From Candidatus Limnocylindria bacterium (GTDB lineage Bacteria; Chloroflexota; Limnocylindria; QHBO01), in assembly GCA_036375355.1 (NCBI GenBank), contig DASURX010000135.1:1-40975 (forward strand): 40,975 nt of DNA, given 5' to 3'. Shown here piece by piece: positions 7,486-16,262 of the stretch. The translations under genes and the position numbers were made by a program. The notes under the pieces are model-generated. The model was given only the letters and a program-made list of their open reading frames with translations, had not been told where the DNA came from and made no database searches. Position 1 is the stretch's first letter, and the number at the start of each line of letters is the position of its first letter.

Positions 7486-8076
7486 ATGGACTTTTCAAAG
7501 CTCAGCAGCAACGACAAGCTCGCCGCGTACGGAGCGATCGCCTCGATCATCGGGCCCATCCTCTCGTCGTTCGGCTTTGGCTTCGGCGTGGGGTGGCTGA
7601 CGCTGCTCCTCGCGCTCGCCATGCTCTTCATCGTCTTTCAGCCACAGATCGCGCCGCAGACCCAGCTCCCCGGGACGAAGGGCAGCCTGATGGTCGTGGT
7701 CGGCGGCATCGCCGCGGTCAGCGCGGCGCTGGCACTGCTCACCAGCCTGGGATGGTTCGGCCTGTTCGGCGCGAACATCGTGTGGGCGCTCGGATGGCTG
7801 ATCGGCATTGCCGGCGGCCTGCTGATGGGCTGGGCCGGGTGGCAGGCCTTCCAGGCCGAGGGCGGCAAGTTCCAGGTCGGCACGACCGCATCCGCCGCTC
7901 CTGCGGCGACTCCGCCCGGCTCGCCCGCTGCGCCGGCCGCGTCGGCGGCAGCGATGGCCAGCGAGCCCGCTCGCAGCGAGCCGATGACCAATGAGCCCGC
8001 CGCGGACGCGTCCGCCATGTCCGAGGACGCCGCAACGGCGGCCGAGGACGAGGCCGACCGGGGAGGCATGGGCTAG
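7486..8076 (+). CDS. Integral membrane protein (about 4 TM) with an Ala/Pro-rich acidic tail
   Basis: ATG 7486 is preceded by GGAGG at 7468-7472. Hydrophobic segments include IASIIGPILSSFGFGFGVGWLTLLLALAMLFIVF. No family was recognised. Confidence 0.65.
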   Translation: MDFSKLSSNDKLAAYGAIASIIGPILSSFGFGFGVGWLTLLLALAMLFIVFQPQIAPQTQLPGTKGSLMVVVGGIAAVSAALALLTSLGWFGLFGANIVWALGWLIGIAGGLLMGWAGWQAFQAEGGKFQVGTTASAAPAATPPGSPAAPAASAAAMASEPARSEPMTNEPAADASAMSEDAATAAEDEADRGGMG

Positions 8077-8082
8077 CCCCAA

Positions 8083-8511
8083 CTAGGACCCCATCGCCTC
8101 GTTCGCGCGACGCACGAGCAGGTCGACCAGCTCGGCCTGCTCGTCCGCTGCCTGGCGCGCGGCGACGAGGCAGCCGGCCACGGCATCGGCCCCCAGCCCG
8201 TCATCGATGGCGTCCACCGCCTCCGCCAGCAGCCGGCGCCGACCCGCGTCCGATTCCCCGTCAGCGACGTGCCGAACGACGTCGGCGATGTCGGCGTGCG
8301 TCGCCTCGTGGGCCACGGGCGGCTCGTCCAGGAGCTCCTCGAAGTACGCGATGGCCAGGGCGATCAGCAGGTCGGCATCGGCATCGGCCAGGGTGATGCG
8401 GTCGCCGGAGCCGATGGCCAGCCGGTAGCCGCCGCGATCCCGCGACAGGCCGATCCAGGCGTCGCCGACCGGCAGCGTGCCGATCGCGATCGGCTCGTGC
8501 ACCGCAGGCAT
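8083..8511 (-). CDS. Acidic hypothetical protein. Start taken at ATG 8511. The longest ORF, to 8628, would overlap jag.
   Basis: It is an ORF with genome-typical codon bias immediately downstream of jag. No family was recognised. Confidence 0.5.
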   Translation of the reverse strand: MPAVHEPIAIGTLPVGDAWIGLSRDRGGYRLAIGSGDRITLADADADLLIALAIAYFEELLDEPPVAHEATHADIADVVRHVADGESDAGRRRLLAEAVDAIDDGLGADAVAGCLVAARQAADEQAELVDLLVRRANEAMGS

Positions 8512-8530
8512 GCCTCGAGGGAAGCGGACC

Positions 8531-9538
8531 TCAGGAATCGATCTTGGTCGCGGGCAGTACCACGATGCGCCGGCTGGGCTCCACGCCCACGCTCTGGGTG
8601 CGAACCTTCGGGTTGTCGACCAGGGCAAGGTGCACGATGCGGCGCTCCAGCGCCGGCATCGGCTCCAGCTGGATGATCTTTCCGCTCTGGATGACGCGCT
8701 TGGCCGCGCGCTCAGCCACGTCCTGCAGCTGCTGCTCGCGGCGGCCGCGGTAGTTCTCCACGTCGACCGCGATGCGGTTCCACTGGCCCTGGCTCTTGGC
8801 CACGATCAGGTTGACCAGGTGCTGCAGGCTGGCGAGCTTCTCGCCGCGCCGGCCGATCAGCACGCCCAGGTCGTCGCCGCGCACGTTGAGCTTCGACGTC
8901 TCGCTGCCCATGGCGATCTCGACGGTGGCCGGCACGTCCATCAGCCGCAGCAGCTCCTCGAGGACGGACTTGGCCTCCTCGAGCACCGCGCGCTCTTTCT
9001 CACTCAGCTCCTCGAGGGGCTTGGCAGGAATGAACGGCGCCGGCTCGCGGCCCTCGCGGGGCTCGCGCGGCCGCGACTCCCTCGGCTCGCGCGCGGGACG
9101 ATCCGCCGCAGCGGTGCGGGTCCGTGGCTCGCGCGCGGCGCGCGGACCGCGCTCGCGGCCCCCACGCGTCCCGCGGCCACGCTCTCCACGCGTCCCGCGG
9201 CCACGCTCCGCGCGGGCCAGGGCCTCGACCTGGTCGTCGGCCTCGGCGGGGGTGCCTGACTCGGCGGGGGTGCCTGCATCGGCCGGTGTGACTTCGTCGA
9301 CCGGGGGTGCATCCCCGGCGCGCTCCTCGGGCTCGGTGGTGCGCACCGTTTCGGCGGCCGCGATCGCGGACTTGGGGGCCGCCAGGATGCGGGCCTCCTC
9401 GCTGCCGACGCCCAGGATGCCGCGGCTGCCCTGGGACAGGATCTCGATGTCCAGCTCGGAGAGGTCGGACGCGAACTCGCGCATCGCGGCGCGGATCGCC
9501 TCCTCCACGTTCTTGCCGGTGAACTCACGGAACGTCAT
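8531..9538 (-). CDS. jag: Jag/KhpB-like RNA-binding protein: Jag_N, a disordered Arg/Glu/Pro linker, then KH and R3H domains
   Basis: The N-terminus reads MTFREFTGKNVEEAIRAAMREF and the C-terminus carries MPALERRIVHLAL (R3H). Its ATGA overlaps the yidC stop. Confidence 0.88.
   Translation of the reverse strand: MTFREFTGKNVEEAIRAAMREFASDLSELDIEILSQGSRGILGVGSEEARILAAPKSAIAAAETVRTTEPEERAGDAPPVDEVTPADAGTPAESGTPAEADDQVEALARAERGRGTRGERGRGTRGGRERGPRAAREPRTRTAAADRPAREPRESRPREPREGREPAPFIPAKPLEELSEKERAVLEEAKSVLEELLRLMDVPATVEIAMGSETSKLNVRGDDLGVLIGRRGEKLASLQHLVNLIVAKSQGQWNRIAVDVENYRGRREQQLQDVAERAAKRVIQSGKIIQLEPMPALERRIVHLALVDNPKVRTQSVGVEPSRRIVVLPATKIDS
9162..9278 (-). repeat. In-frame tandem repeats inside the jag linker
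   Basis: A 24-nt unit occurs twice (9162-9185 and 9186-9209, 23/24 identical), encoding RGRGTRGE/RGRGTRGG. An 18-nt unit occurs twice (9243-9260 and 9261-9278), encoding GTPAE. Confidence 0.8.
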
Positions 9539-10680
9539 CGCTTACGGCCTCGTCGTTTCTTCTGTCCCGGTCGCTGCGGGCGCTGGCCTGGAATGCCAGG
9601 CGCGACGCCGGGGCGTGGTGCTGCGGGCGGGGAGGTGCGCGCAGCGCCGTCCCGCCCATCGGTCTGGTTGGAGGGCTCGTCGTCGCGCCGCCTCGGAGCT
9701 GCGACCGAGCCTACTGGCGCCGGAGCCCAGCGGGGCTGCCAGCCAAAGAGGGGGAACAGATTGCCCCAGCCCATGATCGTGTACTGGTGGACGACCAGGT
9801 AGGCGGTGTAGACGATCCAGTACAGGATCAGGCCGCTCGGGAAGAGGCCGCCCCAGAACACGGTGAGGAAGGGGAACAGGTAGGTCATCGTGTTGCTGGT
9901 CGCGGCGGTCGGATCGTCCGGGTTGGGCTTGGGGCTCGTCATCCGGACCTGGACGAACTGCAGGATGGCGGCGACCACCGCCAGGCCCGAGAGGGCGAAG
10001 CCCGCGATCGGGATGGCGAAGACGTGGTCGATCTTGGCCAGGTCCAGCCCGAACAGCCAGCCGACAGTGGTGTGGATCGGTCCATCCAGCTTGATGGGGT
10101 CGATCAGCTGGCAGTTCAGGGGCAGGAACTGCGGCAGCTGGCTGAACTGGGGAAGGTTGCAGGCACCGTTCACGGCGATCTGGTAGTGGTTCGGGCTGTC
10201 CGCGATCGCCTGGACGAGACCCTGCGACTGGAGCGCATCGAATGCCGCCTGGTTGTCGGCGTTCGGCGTGAAGCCCTGGATCACGCCGGAGGCTCGGTTG
10301 AGGACCGAGTACAGCGCGTACAGCAGCGGGAGCTGCAGGAGGAGCGGGACGCAGCCGGCGGCGGGGTTGACGCCGTGCTCCTTGTAGAGCGCCATCGTCT
10401 CCTCCGAGATCTTGGCGCGGTTGCCCTTGTGCTTGCGCTGCACCTCGCGGATGAGCGGCTGCATGCGCTGCATCTCGCGCTGGCTGCGGATCTGGCGCAC
10501 GAAGAGCGGCGCCAGGATGGTGCGCACCACCACGGTCAGCACGATGATCGCCAGCGCGAAGTCGCTGAGGAGGATGCCGTAGAGCGCCACCAGCAGGTTG
10601 AAGAGGGGCAGGAAGAAAACGTCCCACGGCGGGGTGAAGTGCTCGATCCCCAGGAAGCCGGCGCCCAGGACGGGGGTCAA
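9535..10680 (-). CDS. yidC: Membrane protein insertase YidC, short form, with a basic C-terminal tail
   Basis: It is multi-TM with a conserved core (LPLLYALY...GLILYWIVYTAYLVVHQY) and sits in the rpmH-rnpA-yidD-yidC-jag order. The start is TTG 10680. Confidence 0.9.
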   Translation of the reverse strand: MTPVLGAGFLGIEHFTPPWDVFFLPLFNLLVALYGILLSDFALAIIVLTVVVRTILAPLFVRQIRSQREMQRMQPLIREVQRKHKGNRAKISEETMALYKEHGVNPAAGCVPLLLQLPLLYALYSVLNRASGVIQGFTPNADNQAAFDALQSQGLVQAIADSPNHYQIAVNGACNLPQFSQLPQFLPLNCQLIDPIKLDGPIHTTVGWLFGLDLAKIDHVFAIPIAGFALSGLAVVAAILQFVQVRMTSPKPNPDDPTAATSNTMTYLFPFLTVFWGGLFPSGLILYWIVYTAYLVVHQYTIMGWGNLFPLFGWQPRWAPAPVGSVAAPRRRDDEPSNQTDGRDGAARTSPPAAPRPGVAPGIPGQRPQRPGQKKRRGRKR

Positions 10681-10705
10681 CGACGTGTCGCTCCGCAGGA
10701 GTCGC

Positions 10706-10912
10706 TCATCGGACCGGGTCGTAGCCGCCGGGATGCAGTGGGTGGCAGCGGCTGATGCGCTTGAGGCCCATCCATGATCCCTTCAGCAGTCCGTAGCGCT
10801 CGATGGCGGTGTAGGTGTACTCCGAGCAGCTGGGCGCGTACCGGCAGGATGGGGGCAGCCATGCGAACAGTCGCTGGTAGGCCCGGATCATCCCCAGCCC
10901 GATGACTCTCAT
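10706..10912 (-). CDS. yidD: Membrane protein insertion efficiency factor YidD
   Basis: It carries the hallmark [45 protein letters not shown]. Confidence 0.9.
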   Translation of the reverse strand: MRVIGLGMIRAYQRLFAWLPPSCRYAPSCSEYTYTAIERYGLLKGSWMGLKRISRCHPLHPGGYDPVR

Positions 10913-11307
10913 TCAACGATCCCCGATCGCTCCAGGAGCGATCCAAGCGCCCCGCGCAGCTCTCCGTAGTCCGCCGATGCCGCCTCCGGCCTGGCGATCA
11001 GCAGCAGGTCCCAGCCCGTGCCCATCGCCGCCAGCCGCTCGCGAACCAGCTCGCGCAGTCGTCGGCGCACCCGATTGCGCTGCACGGCCCCACCCAGCGC
11101 TCGGGAGGTGCTGAGGCCGACCCTCGTCTCCGGCCGATCGGTGCGCAGGCTTCGCAGCACCAGCAGCCGGGTCGAGCGGACCGTTCCGTGGCGCCCGAGA
11201 GCCTCGAAGTCCGCCTTGCGCCGAAGCATCGGGAAGGGCGGCACCGGGAGGGCCTCGACCGCGTCAGGCGGTGAGCCGCTTGCGTCCCTTTGCGCGTCGT
11301 CGGGCAA
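10909..11307 (-). CDS. rnpA: RNase P protein component. The longest ORF is given; an internal ATG at 11229 would avoid the overlap with rpmH.
   Basis: The motif [22 protein letters not shown] (RNR motif) is present. It lies between rpmH and yidD. Confidence 0.85.
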   Translation of the reverse strand: MPDDAQRDASGSPPDAVEALPVPPFPMLRRKADFEALGRHGTVRSTRLLVLRSLRTDRPETRVGLSTSRALGGAVQRNRVRRRLRELVRERLAAMGTGWDLLLIARPEAASADYGELRGALGSLLERSGIVE

Positions 11308-11398
11308 GCACGCGCCGACCGCCCTTGGAAGCCATGCGGGCGCGGAAGCCGTGTTCCCGCTTCCGAGCGCGCTTCTTGGGCTGGTAGGTCCTCTTCAT
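11264..11398 (-). CDS. rpmH: 50S ribosomal protein L34
   Basis: The 44-aa translation is [44 protein letters not shown]. Confidence 0.95.
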   Translation of the reverse strand: MKRTYQPKKRARKREHGFRARMASKGGRRVLARRRAKGRKRLTA

Positions 11399-11658
11399 CG
11401 GTGCGTGCCTGGTCCTCGTACAGCGGCGGCGAGTTTCGATTGCCCGGAAACACACGAACGGCTGGCGCTGGCGCCAGCCTCACGCGATGGCCGTCTCCGG
11501 CTCGTCTCGCTCTGCGCGGCGATTCTACCCCAGACCGCCGCGGGGGTGTCAAACGCGCGAGGCGTGCCGTGACCAACGCCGTCGCGGGACGGGGACCATT
11601 GGCTCAGGCGCGGCGGGTGGTGCGCTTCGGCAATTCGTTGCCCACGCCGAGAGGGCGC

Positions 11659-11667
11659 TGCTACACT
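11659..11667 (+). promoter_or_regulatory. Candidate dnaA promoter, extended -10 TGCTACACT
   Basis: It fits the TGnTAnnnT pattern and lies about 110 nt upstream of ATG 11778. Confidence 0.35.
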
Positions 11668-11777
11668 GGCCCGACCCTCGACGCCGGAAGGCCCAAACGC
11701 CGGGTTCCGCGACCGCCGGAGGGAGTAGGATTCCGGTCCCGACGACCCCTCCGAACCGAGTCTGGAGACGCCGATTG

Positions 11778-13118
11778 ATGGATGCGAAGCAGGTCTGGCG
11801 TGCCGTCCTGGGCGAGCTCCAGGTGAGCCTCTCGCCCGCCAACTTCGAGACTTGGCTCAAGGACACCAGCCTCGTCGAGATCGACGAGAACCGCTTCCGC
11901 ATCTCGGCGCCCAACGGTTTCGCGCGAGACTGGCTGGACAACCGCTACCGGACCCTGGTGAGCCAGACCCTGGCCCGGGTGGTGGGCGGATCGGTCCAGG
12001 TCGAGTTCGTGGTCGCCGACGCGCCCGGCCCGCTGCCGGAGCAGGCCGACGAGGACTCGCTCCCGCCACCGCCCGCATCGGCCGGCGGCAACACCGTCAA
12101 CCTTTCGAGCCGCTACGCGTTCAGCAACTTCATCGTGGGCAGCGCCAACCGCCTGGCGCACGCCGCGGCGCTGTCGGTGGCCGAGCGCCCCGGGCACGCC
12201 TACAACCCGCTCTTCCTGTACGGCGGGGTGGGGCTGGGCAAGACGCACCTGATGCATGCCATTGGCAATGCCGTCGCGGGCAAGTTCCCGCGCAAGCGGA
12301 TCCTGTATGCCACGTCCGAGAAGTTCACCAACGACTTCATCAACTCCATCCGCGAGCAGAAGATGGAGGACTTCCGGAACCGATACCGCCGCATCGACGT
12401 GCTGCTCATCGACGACATCCAGTTCATCGCCGAGCGCGAGCGGACCCAGGAGGAGTTCTTCCACACCTTCAACGCCATCCACGAGGCCGGCAAGCAGATC
12501 GTGCTCTCCTCGGACCGGCCGCCGAAGGCGATCACCACCCTGGAGGAGCGGCTCCGCTCCCGGTTCGAGTGGGGCCTGATCGCGGACCTGACGCCGCCCG
12601 ACCTCGAGACGCGCATCGCCATCCTGCGCTCCAAGGCGGAGGACCAGCTGAACCTGATCCCGCCGGAGGTGATCGAGTTCATCGCGCGCAAGGTGGTCAG
12701 TAACGTCCGCGAGCTGGAGGGCGCCCTGAACCGGGTCATCGCCTACGCCAGCATGTCCGGCATGCCGATCAACAACGAGCTGGCCTCGGCGGTGCTCTCC
12801 AACGTCATGTACAACCCCAAGAAGCGGTCGATCACCCCGCAGCGCATCGTGCGCGCGGTGGCCGACTACTACGGGGTCAACCTGGATCAGCTGCGGTCGT
12901 CCAAGCGCGACAAGGCGATCGTGGTACCGCGCCAGATCGCGATGTTCCTGATCCGCGAGGAGACCGACATCAGCCTGCTGCGCATCGGCGCGGAGCTCGG
13001 CGGGCGCGACCACTCGACCGTGCTGCACGCCTGCGACAAGATCGCGCGGGAGCTCGCCGAGAACGACGAGATGCGGCGCGAGATCGGCGCCGTGCGGGAG
13101 ATGATCTACTCCGAGTGA
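11778..13118 (+). CDS. dnaA: Chromosomal replication initiator DnaA
   Basis: The start MDAKQVWRAVLGEL follows GGAGA. The AAA+ Walker A is GGVGLGKTHL and Walker B is LLIDDIQF. The C-terminal DNA-binding helix reads DHSTVLHA. Confidence 0.95.
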   Translation: MDAKQVWRAVLGELQVSLSPANFETWLKDTSLVEIDENRFRISAPNGFARDWLDNRYRTLVSQTLARVVGGSVQVEFVVADAPGPLPEQADEDSLPPPPASAGGNTVNLSSRYAFSNFIVGSANRLAHAAALSVAERPGHAYNPLFLYGGVGLGKTHLMHAIGNAVAGKFPRKRILYATSEKFTNDFINSIREQKMEDFRNRYRRIDVLLIDDIQFIAERERTQEEFFHTFNAIHEAGKQIVLSSDRPPKAITTLEERLRSRFEWGLIADLTPPDLETRIAILRSKAEDQLNLIPPEVIEFIARKVVSNVRELEGALNRVIAYASMSGMPINNELASAVLSNVMYNPKKRSITPQRIVRAVADYYGVNLDQLRSSKRDKAIVVPRQIAMFLIREETDISLLRIGAELGGRDHSTVLHACDKIARELAENDEMRREIGAVREMIYSE

Positions 13119-13456
13119 CGGGTCCCGAGCGCCTCCTCGGCGTGGATAACCGGCCCGATATCGTGGATATCCCCTTCCGTGTGTGGACAACTGTCACCAC
13201 CCCGGCCCGCCGCGCGTCGGGGTTGGCCACCATCGGCCCACCGCCGACAGCCGGTTGATCCACCGCCCGGCCACCGACTATCCGCAGCGCTCTGATGGGC
13301 GGCCGCCGCACGCGGTGAACGCGGCGCCATCGGGCCATCCACAGCGTCCACACCCCTACGGGGACGGCGGCTGACTGAAGTATCCTTCTGGCTACCTCGT
13401 AACGGTACGCAAGCTAGCCCGTGGATTAGTCCGATGGGACCGCGGGCCCCGAGTGG
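13119..13456. other. Probable oriC: a DnaA-box cluster in the dnaA-dnaN intergenic region
   Basis: There are seven 9-mers close to TT(A/G)TCCACA. They are 13141-13149, 13162-13170, 13182-13190 (TGTGGACAA, the exact reverse complement of TTGTCCACA), 13255-13263, 13335-13343, 13345-13353 and 13420-13428. A less GC-rich stretch lies at about 13374-13432. Confidence 0.75.
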
Positions 13457-13474
13457 GTGAGGGTTGAGGTCTCG

Positions 13475-14596
13475 ATGAACGTCTCGGTGATGCAGGAGAA
13501 CCTGGCGCGCGGGCTCGGCGTCGTGAGCCGGGCGGTGAGCAGCCGGGCGACCTTGCCGGTGCTCGCCAACGTCCTCCTCAAGACCGAGGACAGCGGCCTC
13601 AAGCTGACGGCCACCAACCTTGAGATCGGCATCAATTGCTGGGTCCCGGGCAAGGTGGACGAGCCGGGCGAGATCACCGTCCCGGCCAAGCTCTTCAACG
13701 ACCTGGTCGCCTCGCTGCCAAACCAGCGCATCGACCTGCAGCTGTCCGCCAAGGACCGCACGTTGAAGGTCACCTGCGGCGGCAGCCGCTCCACCATCAA
13801 GGGCATCGACGCGGACGAGTTCCCGGTGGTGGCGGCCATCGGCGACACCCCGGCCACCAGCGTCGACGCGCGGGCCCTGCGCGAGGCCCTCGGCGAGGTG
13901 GTCTTCGCCGCGGCCAGCGACGAGAGCCGCCCGATCCTGACCGGCGTGCTGACCCGCCTGACCGGCGACACCATGACCCTGGCGGCCGCGGACAACTACC
14001 GCATCGCGGTCCGCAGCCTGCGGCTGGCCAAGGCGGTGAGCCCCGAGATGAGCATCGTGGTGCCGGCGCGCTCGTACGCCGAGCTGATGCGCATCCTGCC
14101 CGACGCGGAGGCGCCGATCGAGATCACGGTCACGCCCAACAAGAGCCAGGTGCTCTTCCACGTCGAGGGCATCGACCTGGTGTCGCGCCTGATCGAGGGC
14201 GAGTTCCCCAAGTACGAGCCGGTGATCCCCACCTCGCACACCAGCCGCGCGGTCCTGGACCGCGAGGCCTTCCTGGCCGGCGCGCGCCGGGCGAGCATCT
14301 TCGCGCGTGACAGCGCCAACATCGTGAAGGTCGAGATCGGCGGCGATGGCGAAGCGGTGGCGATCACCGCGCACGCGGCGGACGTCGGCGACAACGCCGA
14401 CGCGCTGGAGGCGAGCATCGAGGGACAGCCCACGACCATCGCCTTCAATGCGCGTTACCTGATCGACGTGCTCTCCAACCTGGGCGCCGACGAGGCCGCC
14501 CTGGAGCTCTCCGGGCCCCTGGCGCCGGGCGTCGTGCGCGGGATCGGCAAGGACGACTACGTGCACGTCATCATGCCGGTCCGCACCGCCTCGTAG
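13475..14596 (+). CDS. dnaN: DNA polymerase III beta sliding clamp. The ORF track start GTG 13457 is also possible.
   Basis: It starts MNVSVMQENLARGL, is about 373 aa, and follows dnaA. GAGG lies 6 nt before ATG 13475. Confidence 0.93.
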   Translation: MNVSVMQENLARGLGVVSRAVSSRATLPVLANVLLKTEDSGLKLTATNLEIGINCWVPGKVDEPGEITVPAKLFNDLVASLPNQRIDLQLSAKDRTLKVTCGGSRSTIKGIDADEFPVVAAIGDTPATSVDARALREALGEVVFAAASDESRPILTGVLTRLTGDTMTLAAADNYRIAVRSLRLAKAVSPEMSIVVPARSYAELMRILPDAEAPIEITVTPNKSQVLFHVEGIDLVSRLIEGEFPKYEPVIPTSHTSRAVLDREAFLAGARRASIFARDSANIVKVEIGGDGEAVAITAHAADVGDNADALEASIEGQPTTIAFNARYLIDVLSNLGADEAALELSGPLAPGVVRGIGKDDYVHVIMPVRTAS

Positions 14597-14664
14597 GCCT
14601 TCTCAGGACCGATGGCCGCGGCGCGCCACCCGAGCGGGCCCGCCCGGCGCGGCCGGAGCCGACC

Positions 14665-15849
14665 ATGCGCCTGACACGCCTGCTGCTCGAGGACTTCCGC
14701 TCCTACGCGCGGGCCGAGCTGCACCCCGACCCGGGGCTGACCATCGTGGCGGGGCCGAACGGGGCGGGCAAGACCAACCTGCTCGAGGCGGTGCAGGTCG
14801 CCGTCACCGGGCGTTCGCACCGGGCCGCGGCCGAGGGTGAGCTGGTGCGCCACGGCAGCGACTTCGCCCGGGTCCGCCTGGACCTGTCGGACCCCGATGG
14901 CGCGCACGGCGCGCGGCTGGAGCTGCTGCTCCCCGCGCCGACGGCGCCGGTGGAGGTGCGCAAGCGGCTGCTGCTCAACGGTGTGCCGCGCCGCGCGGCC
15001 AGCGTGGGAGAGGTGGCGCGCACCGTCCTGTTCCGCCCCGAGGAGATGCTGCTGCTGGTCGGCGCGCCCTCGGAACGGCGGCGATTCCTGGACGCGATCC
15101 TGGCCCAGCGCGACAGGCGAGTGGCGCGCGACCTCGCCGAGCTGGCGCGGGTCCTGGCCCAGCGCAACGCCCTGCTGCGCGCCATCCGGCGCGAGGAGGC
15201 CGGCGAGGAGGGCCTCGGCTTCTGGGACGAGCAGCTGGCCGGCACCGGCGCGCGGGTGATGGCCGCGCGGCTGCACCTCGTCGCCGAGCTGGACGCCCTG
15301 CTGCCCGCGCTGCACGACGCCGTCGCGCCGGCAGACGAGCGCCATGCCGCGGTCCGGATGGCATACCAGGACACGCTGAAGGAAGCCTGGGAGGGGAGGC
15401 CGGAGCACCCGGCCGGCGGCGCGGCCGTGACAGCCGAGGAGCTGGCAGCCGCATTCCGGCTGCGCATCGCCGGCGCCCGCCAGAAGGAGCTGTGGAACGG
15501 GGTGAGCCTGGTCGGGCCGCAGCGCGACGACGTGCGCGTGGAGCTGGCCGGCCGCGACGTGGCCGCGCACGCCAGCCGCGGGCAGCAGCGGACGATCATC
15601 CTTGCCCTCAAGCTCGCCGAACGGGAGCTGCTGGGCCGCGACGGGCCCGAGCCGATCGTCCTGCTGGACGACGTCTTCAGCGAGCTGGACGCGCAGCGCT
15701 CGGAGCGGGCGCTCGCGCTGCTGCTCGATCGCGGCCAGGTGCTGGTGACGATGGCCGACCTGGCCGCGCTGCCCGCGCGGCGCCGGCGGGGCGTGCCGAT
15801 CTGGCAGGTCGGCGACGGTCGCCTGAGCCTCGCGCCGCGGGTCGCCTGA
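14665..15849 (+). CDS. recF: DNA replication and repair protein RecF
   Basis: The N-terminus reads MRLTRLLLEDFRSY, Walker A is GPNGAGKTNLLEA, the signature is SRGQQRT and Walker B is VLLDDVFSELD. Confidence 0.9.
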   Translation: MRLTRLLLEDFRSYARAELHPDPGLTIVAGPNGAGKTNLLEAVQVAVTGRSHRAAAEGELVRHGSDFARVRLDLSDPDGAHGARLELLLPAPTAPVEVRKRLLLNGVPRRAASVGEVARTVLFRPEEMLLLVGAPSERRRFLDAILAQRDRRVARDLAELARVLAQRNALLRAIRREEAGEEGLGFWDEQLAGTGARVMAARLHLVAELDALLPALHDAVAPADERHAAVRMAYQDTLKEAWEGRPEHPAGGAAVTAEELAAAFRLRIAGARQKELWNGVSLVGPQRDDVRVELAGRDVAAHASRGQQRTIILALKLAERELLGRDGPEPIVLLDDVFSELDAQRSERALALLLDRGQVLVTMADLAALPARRRRGVPIWQVGDGRLSLAPRVA

Positions 15850-16199
15850 TGGGCCGCGCAGAGGAGGCTGCCGCTGCGGTCCACCGGGCGATGCTGGCCT
15901 GTGTCGGCCCCGGCGCCGCCGAGCAGCTGGCGCTGGCCCAGGCCCGGCTGGCATGGCAGGAGACGGTGGAGGCGGCAGGCCTGGCGCGCGGCGGCATGAC
16001 CAGCCGGCTCGTGGACGTTCGCAACGGCACGGCCCGCGTGGAGGCCTCCGAGCCGATCCTGGCGCAGGAGCTGCGGCTGCGTGGCGAGGCGCTGGTGGAC
16101 GCCGTGAACCGGCGCATGCGGGGCCGGCCGGGGGCGACCATTGAGCTGGCCCGGCTGGACATTTTGGTGGGGCGGGGGCGGAGTGGCGCCTCCCTATAA
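15849..16199 (+). CDS. DUF721 / DciA-like protein
   Basis: Its ATG overlaps the recF stop (TGATG). It is about 116 aa and occupies the canonical post-recF position held by Rv0004/DciA in actinobacteria. The call rests on position and size. Confidence 0.65.
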   Translation: MGRAEEAAAAVHRAMLACVGPGAAEQLALAQARLAWQETVEAAGLARGGMTSRLVDVRNGTARVEASEPILAQELRLRGEALVDAVNRRMRGRPGATIELARLDILVGRGRSGASL

Positions 16200-16262
16200 T
16201 CGGTCAGCCATCCGACTCACCCGACCGATGCGCCGAAGACGGGGGAGCACGCCACCGCAGCC

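Noticed and set aside
11487-11777. An N-terminal extension of dnaA (track start 11487). The same issue applies to the GNAT gene (29343), the PHP gene (to 35012), the acyltransferases (to 35506 and 36527) and ino1 (to 37519).
   Set aside because: The extensions overlap upstream genes or intergenic DNA and are low-complexity. Internal starts with SD-like sequences give proteins of the family-typical length.
11399-11777. The rpmH-dnaA spacer as the replication origin
   Set aside because: No cluster of DnaA boxes was found there. The dnaA-dnaN spacer has seven. The palindrome at 11461-11478 alone is not evidence for an origin.
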